Of a DNA stretch of 64,000 bases, positions 1 through 7,747 are shown in pieces. Where the stretch lies: NCBI GenBank assembly GCA_045594665.1, contig JAZNYX010000062.1:98460-162459 (forward strand), read 5' to 3'. Every line of letters begins with the position of its first letter. The first letter of the stretch is position 1. The notes beneath the pieces are model-generated. The model was not told where the DNA came from. It saw only the letters and a program-made list of their open reading frames with translations, and did not search any database. The position numbers and the translations under genes were made by a program. The stretch comes from Clostridia bacterium. Lineage in GTDB: Bacteria; Bacillota; Clostridia; UMGS1883.

Positions 1-844
1 GGTTTTCAATATAGTACTCAAAAATTCCTTTTATAACACCGAAAACCTTTTTTTCCTCGTTTTTTGCCGATGAGCCTACATATACAAAATCAAACATATA
101 GTTGCGCAGACGAATCATTGCTTCTTCAACCTCGTGGCTCATGAGGATTTCCTTTTTCCCGTAGGAATTTCTGACAACATCGCATATAAGCGTGTTTATC
201 CTCTCCGAATGGGTTTTTCCCAAGGTATCGGTAATGATTGAGGGAATATCTTTTTCGTTTATTATGCCGCCCCGGCAGGCATCATCTATGTCGTGGTTTA
301 TATATGCGATTCTGTCGGCAATTTTAAGTATGCTTCCCTCAAGGGTGCTTGCCTCATTATCCCCGGGGTGATTTAAGATTCCGTCCTTGACCTCCCATGT
401 GAGGTTAAGGTTTTCCAGTACCTCTACGGTTCTCAGGCTCTGCTCACTGTGCCGAAATCCCATGGAACAAAGCTCGTTTAAAGCCGCTTCACCTGCATGG
501 CCGAAAGGAGTATGCCCCAAATCATGCCCCATAGACATTGCCTCCACCAAATCCTCGTTAAGACGAAGGCTTCGTGCTATAGTTCGTGCAATCTGGGAAA
601 CCTCCAGCGTATGGGTAAGGCGTGTTCTGTAATGGTCGCCCTCGGGGGTAATAAATACCTGGGTTTTATGCTTAAGGCGGCGGAAAGATTTTGAATGAAT
701 TATTTTATCACGGTCACGCTGAAACTCCGTACGCATGTCGCAAAGCTCTGCCTTTTGCGCTCTGCCCTTTGTTTTCTCGGAGAGACACGCATAGGGAGAG
801 AGAGTCTCCCTTTCGATTTTTTCAGTTTGTTCACGTATTGTCAT
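1..844 (-). CDS. dgt: dGTP triphosphohydrolase-like HD-domain protein (Dgt family), 5' part; extends beyond window start
   Basis: Manual minus-strand translation from ATG at 844-842 gives [30 protein letters not shown]...[24 protein letters not shown]...[21 protein letters not shown]...[10 protein letters not shown], the characteristic dGTPase/HD motif set. Absent from the ORF track because it runs off the window edge. Confidence 0.8.
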   Translation of the reverse strand, partial: MTIREQTEKIERETLSPYACLSEKTKGRAQKAELCDMRTEFQRDRDKIIHSKSFRRLKHKTQVFITPEGDHYRTRLTHTLEVSQIARTIARSLRLNEDLVEAMSMGHDLGHTPFGHAGEAALNELCSMGFRHSEQSLRTVEVLENLNLTWEVKDGILNHPGDNEASTLEGSILKIADRIAYINHDIDDACRGGIINEKDIPSIITDTLGKTHSERINTLICDVVRNSYGKKEILMSHEVEEAMIRLRNYMFDFVYVGSSAKNEEKKVFGVIKGIFEYYIEN

Positions 845-932
845 AACAGACCCTCCTGTTCGCATATAATTATACCACAAACAAAAAGCTACCGCAATGC
901 TTTGCGATAGCTTTTTCCAAATAATTCTTTTA

Positions 933-2051
933 TCAGTCACCGAAGCAGATGCCAAGACCTTTTGCCATCTGAACGAGTTCACCGTTGGGGTCAACCTGCT
1001 TATTACCGTTACCGATAACATCTTCCAGAGAAGCACAGTCGATTGTATCACCCTTGAGGATAACCATATTGCCGAACTTACCCTGCATAGCATATTCCAC
1101 TGCGGCGTAGCCGTAGCGTGAAGAAAGAACTCTGTCATGAGCGCTGGTAGAGCCACCGCGCTGTGTGTGGCCGAGAATTGTTGCACGTGCCTCGTTATGG
1201 CAAAGCTCTTCAAGCTGATCTGCAACAACGTTTGCAATACCGCCGAGACGGATGGGGTCGGGACTGTCCTCACGAACTTTAAGGATTACTGCCTCGCCGT
1301 CCTTAGGCTTAGCACCCTCGGCAACGGCAACGATTGCAAAATCCTTACCCTTTGCAAAATCAGATCTGATTTTATCTGCAACCTTGTTAATATCATAAGG
1401 AATTTCGGGAAGAAGAATAACATCTGCCGCACCTGCAATACCGCCGTGAAGAGTGAGCCAACCTGCACCTCTGCCCATAACCTCGGCTACCATAATTCTT
1501 CCGTGACTCTTAGCCGTTGTTCTGAGGCGGTCAAGAGAATCGGAAACAACGTTGATAGCTGTATCGAAACCATAGGTGTAGTCGGTACAACTAAGGTCAT
1601 TATCAATTGTTTTGGGAATACCGATTACGTTTACACCAAGGCGCGCAAAGTCACGGCCGCTGGTAAGCGTACCGTCACCGCCTAAGATAAACAATGCGTC
1701 AATGCCTGCATTCTTAAGGTTCTGAACGCCAACATGTGAAATGTTTTCATAAACGATTTTGCCGTCTTTCTTAACAATTTCACCATTTTCGTCACGAACG
1801 GGATATTTGAAAAGATTGTCTTTATTTGAGCTCTTGAGAATTGTGCCGCCTTCGCCGAGGATTTCCTGAACATTATCAAGTGTCAACTCAACAAAATCCT
1901 TGTGGTAAAGACCGTGGTAACCCTTTCTGATACCTACAACCTCAAGACCATATTTTACAATAGCAGTCTTAACAACAGCACGAATAACTGCGTTAAGTCC
2001 GGGGCAGTCTCCGCCACCGGTTAATATACCGATTTTTTTAATCTCTGCCAT
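933..2051 (-). CDS. pfkA: 6-phosphofructokinase (ATP- or PPi-dependent PFK family)
   Basis: 377-aa ORF with GGDGT, PKTIDND and MGR motifs. GGAGG ribosome-binding site 8 nt upstream of the ATG at 2051 ([10 protein letters not shown]...). Confidence 0.85.
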   Translation of the reverse strand: MAEIKKIGILTGGGDCPGLNAVIRAVVKTAIVKYGLEVVGIRKGYHGLYHKDFVELTLDNVQEILGEGGTILKSSNKDNLFKYPVRDENGEIVKKDGKIVYENISHVGVQNLKNAGIDALFILGGDGTLTSGRDFARLGVNVIGIPKTIDNDLSCTDYTYGFDTAINVVSDSLDRLRTTAKSHGRIMVAEVMGRGAGWLTLHGGIAGAADVILLPEIPYDINKVADKIRSDFAKGKDFAIVAVAEGAKPKDGEAVILKVREDSPDPIRLGGIANVVADQLEELCHNEARATILGHTQRGGSTSAHDRVLSSRYGYAAVEYAMQGKFGNMVILKGDTIDCASLEDVIGNGNKQVDPNGELVQMAKGLGICFGD

Positions 2052-2280
2052 ATCTGTTTCCTCCAACTGGAATATATTTATATTTATTTATTACTGTTAG
2101 CCTGTCCAGTCTATACTACTACAATTTATTTTTGATTTCAAGCAAAAAATTCAAGAAAAACAAAATTTTAGGCAAATATTGCGTTTTTCGCCATTTTTCT
2201 TTTTATTTTTTAAGAAATCATTAGCGTTTTTTCAGTTTTTGCAAAGAAGCTGTGACAAAATGAATGTTTTCAAGCCATTC

Positions 2281-2356
2281 GGGGACGGCTCCTGACAGAC
2301 TTTCTTAGTCTTTTTGCATAAAAACCCGGTTTTTGTGCAAAAACAGGACCGTCCCC
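2281..2356 (-). repeat. long hairpin immediately 3' of clpC; stems ggggacgg(c)tcctg / caggaccgtcccc; inverted copy of the hairpin at 4848-4910
   Basis: ggggacggctcctgacag (2281-2298) pairs with caggaccgtcccc (2344-2356). The same 18-mer occurs as its reverse complement at 4893-4910. Confidence 0.6.
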
Positions 2357-2392
2357 AAAAATGGCTCATTCATTTTGCCATAGCTTCTTTTG

Positions 2393-4834
2393 TTATTTCT
2401 CGCTTTTCTCTATTATTATTTCACCATCTGCGGCTTTTATAACAACATTATCTCCGTTTTGTATTTTTCCGTCCAGGATTTCCTGGGCAAAAAGATCCTC
2501 AACCTTGGACGTAATGGCACGCCTTAATGGTCTTGCTCCGTATACGGGGTCAAAGCCCTCTTTTGCCAAAAGTGCTACCGCACTTTCATCAATATCTGCG
2601 GTAATTTCATTTTGTGCAAGGCGTTTTTTAAGCCCCTCGAGCATTACAAGAGCAATTTTTCCGATTTCTTCTTCGGAAAGCTGTGAAAATACGATAATAT
2701 CGTCAACACGGTTTAAAAATTCAGGTCTGAACATCTTTTTAAGTTCATCGGTAACATTGCTTCTGATATTTTTATTAACCTGCTCCCTTGTTTCGCCTGC
2801 CGAGGCAAAGCCCAAAGATTTTGGCTGAGAAATATTTCTTGCCCCTACGTTACTTGTCATAATTATAACGCAGTTTTTAAAATCCACCCGTCTTCCCTGG
2901 CTGTCGGTAAGCTGACCGTCGTCTAAAATCTGAAGAAGAATGTTAAATACATCGGGGTGTGCCTTTTCAATTTCGTCAAACAGAATTACGCTGTAAGGCT
3001 TTCTGCGGACTTTTTCGGTAAGCTGACCGCCCTCGTCAAAGCCCACATATCCGGGAGGCGAGCCAACCATTTTTGAAACGGAGTGCTTCTCCATATATTC
3101 TGACATATCAATTCTGATAAGGGCATCTTCATCACCGAAAAGTGCCTCGGTAAGAGCCTTGGAAAGCTCCGTCTTTCCTACGCCTGTAGGTCCTAAGAAT
3201 ATGAAAGAGCCTATGGGGCGTTTGGGGTCCTTTAGCCCTACTCTGCCTCTGCGGATTGCTTTTGAAACGGCGCTTACCGCTTCCTCCTGACCGATAACAC
3301 GTTTGTGGAGAACCTCCTCCATATTGCGAAGTCTTTCGCTTTCTTCCTCTGCAAGCTTTTTCACGGGGATTCCCGTCCAGCCTGAAATTATTTCGGCAAT
3401 GTCCTCCTCGCCGATTTCACCCTTGCACTGCTCGTTTTTATTCTTCCATTCATCCCTGAGGGAGTCAAGCTTTTGCTGCATTTCCTTTTCCTTATCACGA
3501 AGAAGTGCCGCTTTTTCAAAATCCTGTGCATTTATGGCTTCTTTTTTTTCTGCCGCAGTGACATCTATAGAGCTTTCAAGCTCCTTTATTTCGGGCGGAG
3601 CTGTAAGCGCTCCTAATCTTACACGGCTGCACGCTTCGTCAACAAGGTCGATTGCCTTATCGGGAAGAAAACGGTCGGTAATATAACGGCTGCTCATTTT
3701 TGCCGCTGCCGAAATTGCCTTGTCGGAAATTTTTACGCCGTGATGAGCCTCATATTTTTCACGGATTCCCTTTAAAATCTCGATGGTTTCCTCCACTGTG
3801 GGTTCGCCCACCGTTACAGGCTGAAAACGGCGTTCCAAAGCCGCATCCTTTTCTACATATTTTCTGTACTCATTAAGGGTAGTTGCACCGATAAGCTGCA
3901 TTTCTCCTCTTGCGAGAGAGGGCTTTAATATATTTGCCGCATCAATAGCACCTTCGGCAGCACCTGCCCCTATTATAGTATGCATTTCATCTATGAAAAG
4001 GATAACGTTGCCGGCCTTGATTATTTCCTCCATTGCTTTTTTGAGGCGTTCTTCAAATTCTCCGCGGTATTTTGCACCTGCAACAACTCCCGAAAGGTCA
4101 AGCGATACAACTCTTTTTCCCCGAAGAAGCTCCGGTACGTTTCCCGATGCAATCTCCTGTGCAAGTCCTTCTGCAACAGCGGTTTTTCCCACGCCCGGTT
4201 CGCCTAAAAGCACGGGATTATTTTTTGTGCGGCGTGAAAGAATCTGAATGACACGCTCTATTTCCTTTTGTCTGCCGATTACAGGGTCAAACTTACCTGC
4301 CTTAGCAAGCTCGGTAAGGTCTCGTCCGAACTGATTAAGGGTTGGTGTATCTCCGCCTTTTTTCCCTGAACGCTTTTCGCTATCGGGAACTTCACCCGAA
4401 AGCTGCCCGGAAATATCCTCGTAAAGATTATTGGGTGCTCCCATTGACATAAGTATTTTAAATGCGATACTGTCACGCTCTCTTGCAAGGGCAAGAAGGA
4501 TATGCTCCGTTCCTATATACTGGCTGTTTGTTTTATGCGCCTCCGCCATGGACTGCTGGAGAGTACGGTTTGTCCTGGGAGTAAACCCTGCAAAATGGCT
4601 TCCCCCGTCAATATTGCTGTTATATTTTATGATTTGCTCTCTGAGCTTTTGAGACGTAATTCCCAGTGCAGACAGGTACTTTGCGGCAAATCCGCTTCCC
4701 TCGTCCAGAAGTCCGCACAAAAGGTGTTCTGTGCCGATGTAGTTACAGCCCGTTTCTCTTGCACATTCCTGTGAAAGAGCAATGGCTCTCTGGGCTTTTT
4801 GTGTGAATTTATTTTCTATACTCATTATTTTCAT
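2393..4834 (-). CDS. clpC: ATP-dependent Clp protease ATP-binding subunit ClpC (double AAA+ domains, Clp N-domain)
   Basis: MSIENKFTQKAQRAIALSQ... Clp_N repeats, two Walker A/B modules and a UVR-like middle domain. The ORF-track start at 4933 is an artefact reading through the upstream hairpin; the start is at 4834 or 4825 with an AAAGGA ribosome-binding site. Confidence 0.9.
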   Translation of the reverse strand: MKIMSIENKFTQKAQRAIALSQECARETGCNYIGTEHLLCGLLDEGSGFAAKYLSALGITSQKLREQIIKYNSNIDGGSHFAGFTPRTNRTLQQSMAEAHKTNSQYIGTEHILLALARERDSIAFKILMSMGAPNNLYEDISGQLSGEVPDSEKRSGKKGGDTPTLNQFGRDLTELAKAGKFDPVIGRQKEIERVIQILSRRTKNNPVLLGEPGVGKTAVAEGLAQEIASGNVPELLRGKRVVSLDLSGVVAGAKYRGEFEERLKKAMEEIIKAGNVILFIDEMHTIIGAGAAEGAIDAANILKPSLARGEMQLIGATTLNEYRKYVEKDAALERRFQPVTVGEPTVEETIEILKGIREKYEAHHGVKISDKAISAAAKMSSRYITDRFLPDKAIDLVDEACSRVRLGALTAPPEIKELESSIDVTAAEKKEAINAQDFEKAALLRDKEKEMQQKLDSLRDEWKNKNEQCKGEIGEEDIAEIISGWTGIPVKKLAEEESERLRNMEEVLHKRVIGQEEAVSAVSKAIRRGRVGLKDPKRPIGSFIFLGPTGVGKTELSKALTEALFGDEDALIRIDMSEYMEKHSVSKMVGSPPGYVGFDEGGQLTEKVRRKPYSVILFDEIEKAHPDVFNILLQILDDGQLTDSQGRRVDFKNCVIIMTSNVGARNISQPKSLGFASAGETREQVNKNIRSNVTDELKKMFRPEFLNRVDDIIVFSQLSEEEIGKIALVMLEGLKKRLAQNEITADIDESAVALLAKEGFDPVYGARPLRRAITSKVEDLFAQEILDGKIQNGDNVVIKAADGEIIIEKSEK

Positions 4835-4847
4835 TCCTTTCTGTTTT

Positions 4848-4910
4848 GGGGACGGACCTGTTTTGGCACCGCAAGCTAAGCCAAAAGCTTCGCTGTCAGG
4901 AGCCGTCCCC
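4848..4910 (-). repeat. long intercistronic hairpin between mcsB and clpC; inverted copy of 2281-2356
   Basis: ggggacggacctg (4848-4860) pairs with ctgtcaggagccgtcccc (4893-4910). Confidence 0.6.
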
Positions 4911-4919
4911 TTAGGTTTG

Positions 4920-5924
4920 TTATTGTAGTACACCTTGTAGGATTTGTGCCCTTTTTATGTCACGTTCCTGAGGAAGTGCCTTTTCCATGTGAGTGCTTAA
5001 TGTAGCAGGCATTGCTGAAAACATTGCTTTTCTTAGCTTCTGGCAGTCTATATTTTTAATTATGCCTGCATTTGCTCCCATGCAAACATTGGAAACGAGA
5101 TTCATTGCCTCTGAGGAGGGAATCATATAGGCATTTTTGAGAATACCCAGGCTGCGAAGGCATTTATCTTTTATTTCATAAGGGTTATTTTCAAATAGCT
5201 GTGCGCTGATTCTTCTTTCCTCGCTGATTAAGCTGCACGCCGCCGCTGTAAATCGGTTTATAATATCCTCTTCGCACACTCCCATGGTAATCTGATTGGA
5301 AAGCTGATAAAGTGCTCCGCTTGCACGGCTTCCCTCTCCAAAAAGCCCCCGTACCGTCATGCCTAAGTTTGCGGCCCATTTTAAAAGGGGATTTACCTGC
5401 TGTGATGCACTTATCGCAGGAAGATGAAGCATTACAGAAGCCCGAAGCCCCGTTCCCGCATTTGTGGGACAGCTTGTGAGATACCCGAATTCATCATCAT
5501 AATCAAAGGCAAGGTTTTCCGAAAGAAGCTTTTCTATTTTTTTTGCCGTGTCATACGCCGACTGTGCGTCAAGCCCGTCGGCAAAAACCTGTATTCTCAG
5601 GTGGTCTTCCTCGTTTACCATTACGCTGATTTTTTCATCATTACTTATTATTGCCACAGACGGCACTTTTGAAGCACAAAGCTCTGAACTTATAAGATGT
5701 TTTTCAATAAGGGCTTTCTTTTCAATCTCCGAAAGCTTTGATATTTCGTATGTTTTAAGGGTGTCCTTTATGGGCGAATTATCAAAAGCACTTCTAACTT
5801 TCTCTATAAGCTCCGTCGCCTGAGAGGCGGTCATCTTCCTCGGATAAGGCGTTTTTTTAATATTTCGGGCAAGCCTTATTCTGGTGGTTACGGCAATATC
5901 GGTTTCGTTTATATTCATATTCAT
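4920..5924 (-). CDS. mcsB: protein-arginine kinase McsB (ATP:guanido phosphotransferase family)
   Basis: 334 aa in the conserved position within ctsR-mcsA-mcsB-clpC; arginine/creatine kinase-like C-terminal domain. Confidence 0.85.
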   Translation of the reverse strand: MNMNINETDIAVTTRIRLARNIKKTPYPRKMTASQATELIEKVRSAFDNSPIKDTLKTYEISKLSEIEKKALIEKHLISSELCASKVPSVAIISNDEKISVMVNEEDHLRIQVFADGLDAQSAYDTAKKIEKLLSENLAFDYDDEFGYLTSCPTNAGTGLRASVMLHLPAISASQQVNPLLKWAANLGMTVRGLFGEGSRASGALYQLSNQITMGVCEEDIINRFTAAACSLISEERRISAQLFENNPYEIKDKCLRSLGILKNAYMIPSSEAMNLVSNVCMGANAGIIKNIDCQKLRKAMFSAMPATLSTHMEKALPQERDIKRAQILQGVLQ

Positions 5925-5926
5925 AA

Positions 5927-6397
5927 TTACTTGCCCTCCTTGCTCTTAATTTGGTCACGGATTACGGCAGCCTCTTCATATTTTTCCTCTGCAATGGCAC
6001 GGGAAAGCTTTTCCTTTAAAATATCAAGCTCGCTTTTTTCCCTTAAAGGCTCTTCTTTTTTAATTTCCTCTGCCTTAATCTTTTCATCTGCCACAGCGTG
6101 AACAGATGTCCCGTGAATTTTCCTGAGCATTGACTTTGCCTGAATACGGAAGGTATCATAACAGCTTCCGCATCCCATTCTGCCCTTTCTCGCAAGCTCC
6201 GCCGCAGTCATACCGCATACGGGGCAAGAGGTTTCGCTCTCACTTCTGCCTCCGAAAGAAAGGAGAGAGCCGAAATTATCAAACAGCGATTCTCCCGATG
6301 CACACTCCGAGCATATATTGAGAGAGCTTTTCTTTCCGTTTACTATTTGTGTATACAGCACCGTTGCGTTTCTTTTTCCGCATTTTTCACATAACAT
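5927..6397 (-). CDS. mcsA: protein-arginine kinase activator McsA (UVR domain, zinc-finger cysteines)
   Basis: 156 aa with two CxxC pairs at each end and a UvrB/C-type motif (EKYEEAAVIRDQI). Confidence 0.8.
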   Translation of the reverse strand: MLCEKCGKRNATVLYTQIVNGKKSSLNICSECASGESLFDNFGSLLSFGGRSESETSCPVCGMTAAELARKGRMGCGSCYDTFRIQAKSMLRKIHGTSVHAVADEKIKAEEIKKEEPLREKSELDILKEKLSRAIAEEKYEEAAVIRDQIKSKEGK

Positions 6398-6415
6398 AGC
6401 TATTCCTCCTTATGC

Positions 6416-6865
6416 CTAACGAATAAGACTCGTTATCATACTTTTAAAAATTCTTGCCCTTACGGCATCCCTTACATCCGCGGTAAAGGGGAGAACCTTA
6501 TCATTCACCGCACCTAAAATTATGTGGGCTTCTCTGGGAGTTATGCATTCATAGTCCAAAAGATTCTGCACGAAAACCGCCGCAGTGCGATAGGAAAGAG
6601 TGCTTCCCACGGCATTTACTATATGCATGGGGTATGTGCTTTTGTCGGTTTTCACCGTCCTGATTCTTACACCGCCGCCGCCACCGCGTCTGCTTTCTAT
6701 TATATATCCGCGTTCAGGCGTAAAACGGGTTTGTATAACATAATTTATCTGGCTGGGAACGCAATTCAGCTCCCCTGCAAGGTTATTTCTCTGTATTTCC
6801 ACCGTGCCGTCGGCTTCCTTGAGCATATCCAAAAGCATTTTTTCTATAATATCCGACATGTTCAT
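6416..6865 (-). CDS. ctsR: class III heat-shock transcriptional repressor CtsR
   Basis: MNMSDIIEKMLLDMLKE... plus the RRGGGGGVRI glycine loop typical of CtsR. The ORF-track start at 6889 would cover the operator, so an internal ATG at 6865 or 6859 is more likely. Confidence 0.85.
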   Translation of the reverse strand: MNMSDIIEKMLLDMLKEADGTVEIQRNNLAGELNCVPSQINYVIQTRFTPERGYIIESRRGGGGGVRIRTVKTDKSTYPMHIVNAVGSTLSYRTAAVFVQNLLDYECITPREAHIILGAVNDKVLPFTADVRDAVRARIFKSMITSLIR

Positions 6866-6891
6866 ACATAAGCACCTCTTTTTCTTCATAA

Positions 6892-6916
6892 TTTGACTTT
6901 GACTTTCTTTGACTTT
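6892..6916 (-). promoter_or_regulatory. CtsR operator: three tandem heptads AGTCAAA-gaa-AGTCAAA-GTCAAA (minus-strand reading)
   Basis: Plus strand reads tttgactttgactttctttgacttt, matching the CtsR box consensus (A/G)GTCAAA-NAN-(A/G)GTCAAA with an extra third repeat. It lies immediately downstream of the -10 of the promoter below. Confidence 0.8.
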
Positions 6917-6945
6917 AATATATCACCTATTTTTTCAAATGTCAA
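6917..6945 (-). promoter_or_regulatory. sigma-A-type promoter of the ctsR operon (TTGACA-17-TATATT)
   Basis: Minus-strand reading ctaTTGACAtttgaaaaaataggtgaTATATTaaagtcaaag...; -35 at 6945-6940, -10 at 6922-6917. Confidence 0.6.
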
Positions 6946-6962
6946 TAGCTTTTAAGAAAAAA

Positions 6963-6995
6963 TTTTGCGTTTTGCGGTCGGTGCAATTTTTGCAC
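6963..6995 (+). repeat. 'motif-1' repeat ttttgcgttttgcggtcGGTGCaatttttGCAC (copies also at 7204-7240, 14118-14143, 14351-14385, 45709-45739; weaker at 58231-58260 and on the minus strand at 36972-37000)
   Basis: The same T-rich lead plus a GGTGC..GCAC hairpin recurs next to every family-1 element. Confidence 0.5.
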
Positions 6996-7018
6996 TTCCT
7001 CGGAAAATGGGATAAAGT

Positions 7019-7154
7019 AGTGCAGAATTCACGAACTGAACCCTTTAGGGCTTGCCCGAAGGCGTACGTGGGTACGTCGAGGGTGAAGTTCGTGGATAGC
7101 AAAACGCATAAAATGCAAAAGGAATCCGCAAAAACGGATTCCTTCCTTGCATTT
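7019..7154 (+). ncRNA. family-1 structured element, copy A (~85-nt three-stem core plus terminator hairpin); candidate small RNA or ribozyme-like repeat
   Basis: Core cagaaTTCACGAACtgaa-[ccctttaggg]-cttgCCCGAAGG-[cgtacgtgggtacg]-tCGAGGGTGAAG-TTCGTG-gaTAGCAAAACG, followed by hairpin aaggaatccgcaaaaacggattcctt + cattttt. Four further copies show compensatory base changes in all three stems. Confidence 0.55.
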
Positions 7155-7246
7155 TAACAGTCGCTTTGTTACGACACTTGATAAAAGGCACATTTCTATT
7201 ATTTTTTTCGCGTTTTGCGGTCGGTGCTGCTTTAGCACATTTTCCT

Positions 7247-7705
7247 TTAATACATGGAGTTTTTTTGCATATAGTCATAAAGCTGCTTTCCATGCTCCTG
7301 CTCTTCCTTTTGTATATGATTTATCTGCTGCCTTATATTATCATCCTTAAACTCAAACACGCAGGTATCATATAAATGGCTTGCGTGCTTTTCCGTGGTA
7401 AGAAGGTCCTGTGCAAGATAAGCGTCCTGCTTTTTTTCCTCCGTTTCTGCCGCACCGTAGCACTCGGTAAAGGTGGGCTTTTGCTGACTCTGGCTTCCTC
7501 CTGAAGAAGATGCAGGCGTCTGCCCGTTTTCAATTTTGGTCAAAGTATCAAGATGCCCCTGCTCTACCTGTGCGATGTGAATGCAGAGCTGTTTAAGCTG
7601 TGGGTCATGGGCATACTCTGCCGCCTTTGTATACTTTTCAATACAAAGCTTCTCCGTGTCCTTCATGTCCTTTAATAAATCTTTTTCCTTTTGGGATAAC
7701 TGCAT
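7247..7705 (-). CDS. spore coat protein F-like / ferritin-like domain protein
   Basis: 152 aa; DLLKDMKDTEKLCIEKYTKAAEYAHDPQLKQLCIHIAQVEQGH resembles the CotF (Coat_F) helical repeat. Two EQGH/EQEH half-sites. Confidence 0.45.
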   Translation of the reverse strand: MQLSQKEKDLLKDMKDTEKLCIEKYTKAAEYAHDPQLKQLCIHIAQVEQGHLDTLTKIENGQTPASSSGGSQSQQKPTFTECYGAAETEEKKQDAYLAQDLLTTEKHASHLYDTCVFEFKDDNIRQQINHIQKEEQEHGKQLYDYMQKNSMY

Positions 7706-7747
7706 AAAAAATCACCTCACAGGTATTTTTTACCTGCGAGGCGGTTT

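Noticed and set aside
387-1121. Plus-strand ORFs 387-632, 497-694, 695-910 and 897-1121
   Set aside because: They overlap the well-supported minus-strand dgt and pfkA genes, have no ribosome-binding sites, and show Arg/Ser/Cys-rich composition typical of antisense frames.
4835-4933. 33-aa N-terminal extension of ClpC in the ORF track (MYYNNKPKGTAPDSEAFGLACGAKTGPSPKQKG)
   Set aside because: It is encoded by the upstream hairpin repeat. Homologues start at MSIENKF.../MKIMSIENKF, where a proper ribosome-binding site is present.
7019-7154. Hammerhead / twister / group II intron domain V assignment for family-1 elements
   Set aside because: The junction sequences (uGAa, cCCGAAGg, CGAGrGGyGAmG) do not match CUGAUGA...GAAA or domain-V consensus, so I left the family unassigned.
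6909-7157. ORFs 6909-7157(+) and 45136-45639(+) sharing the peptide VVQNSRTEPFRACPKAYVGTSRVKFVDSKT
   Set aside because: Same artefact as above: they read through family-1 structured elements A and B. The conservation is at RNA/DNA level (compensatory changes, not codon-preserving changes).
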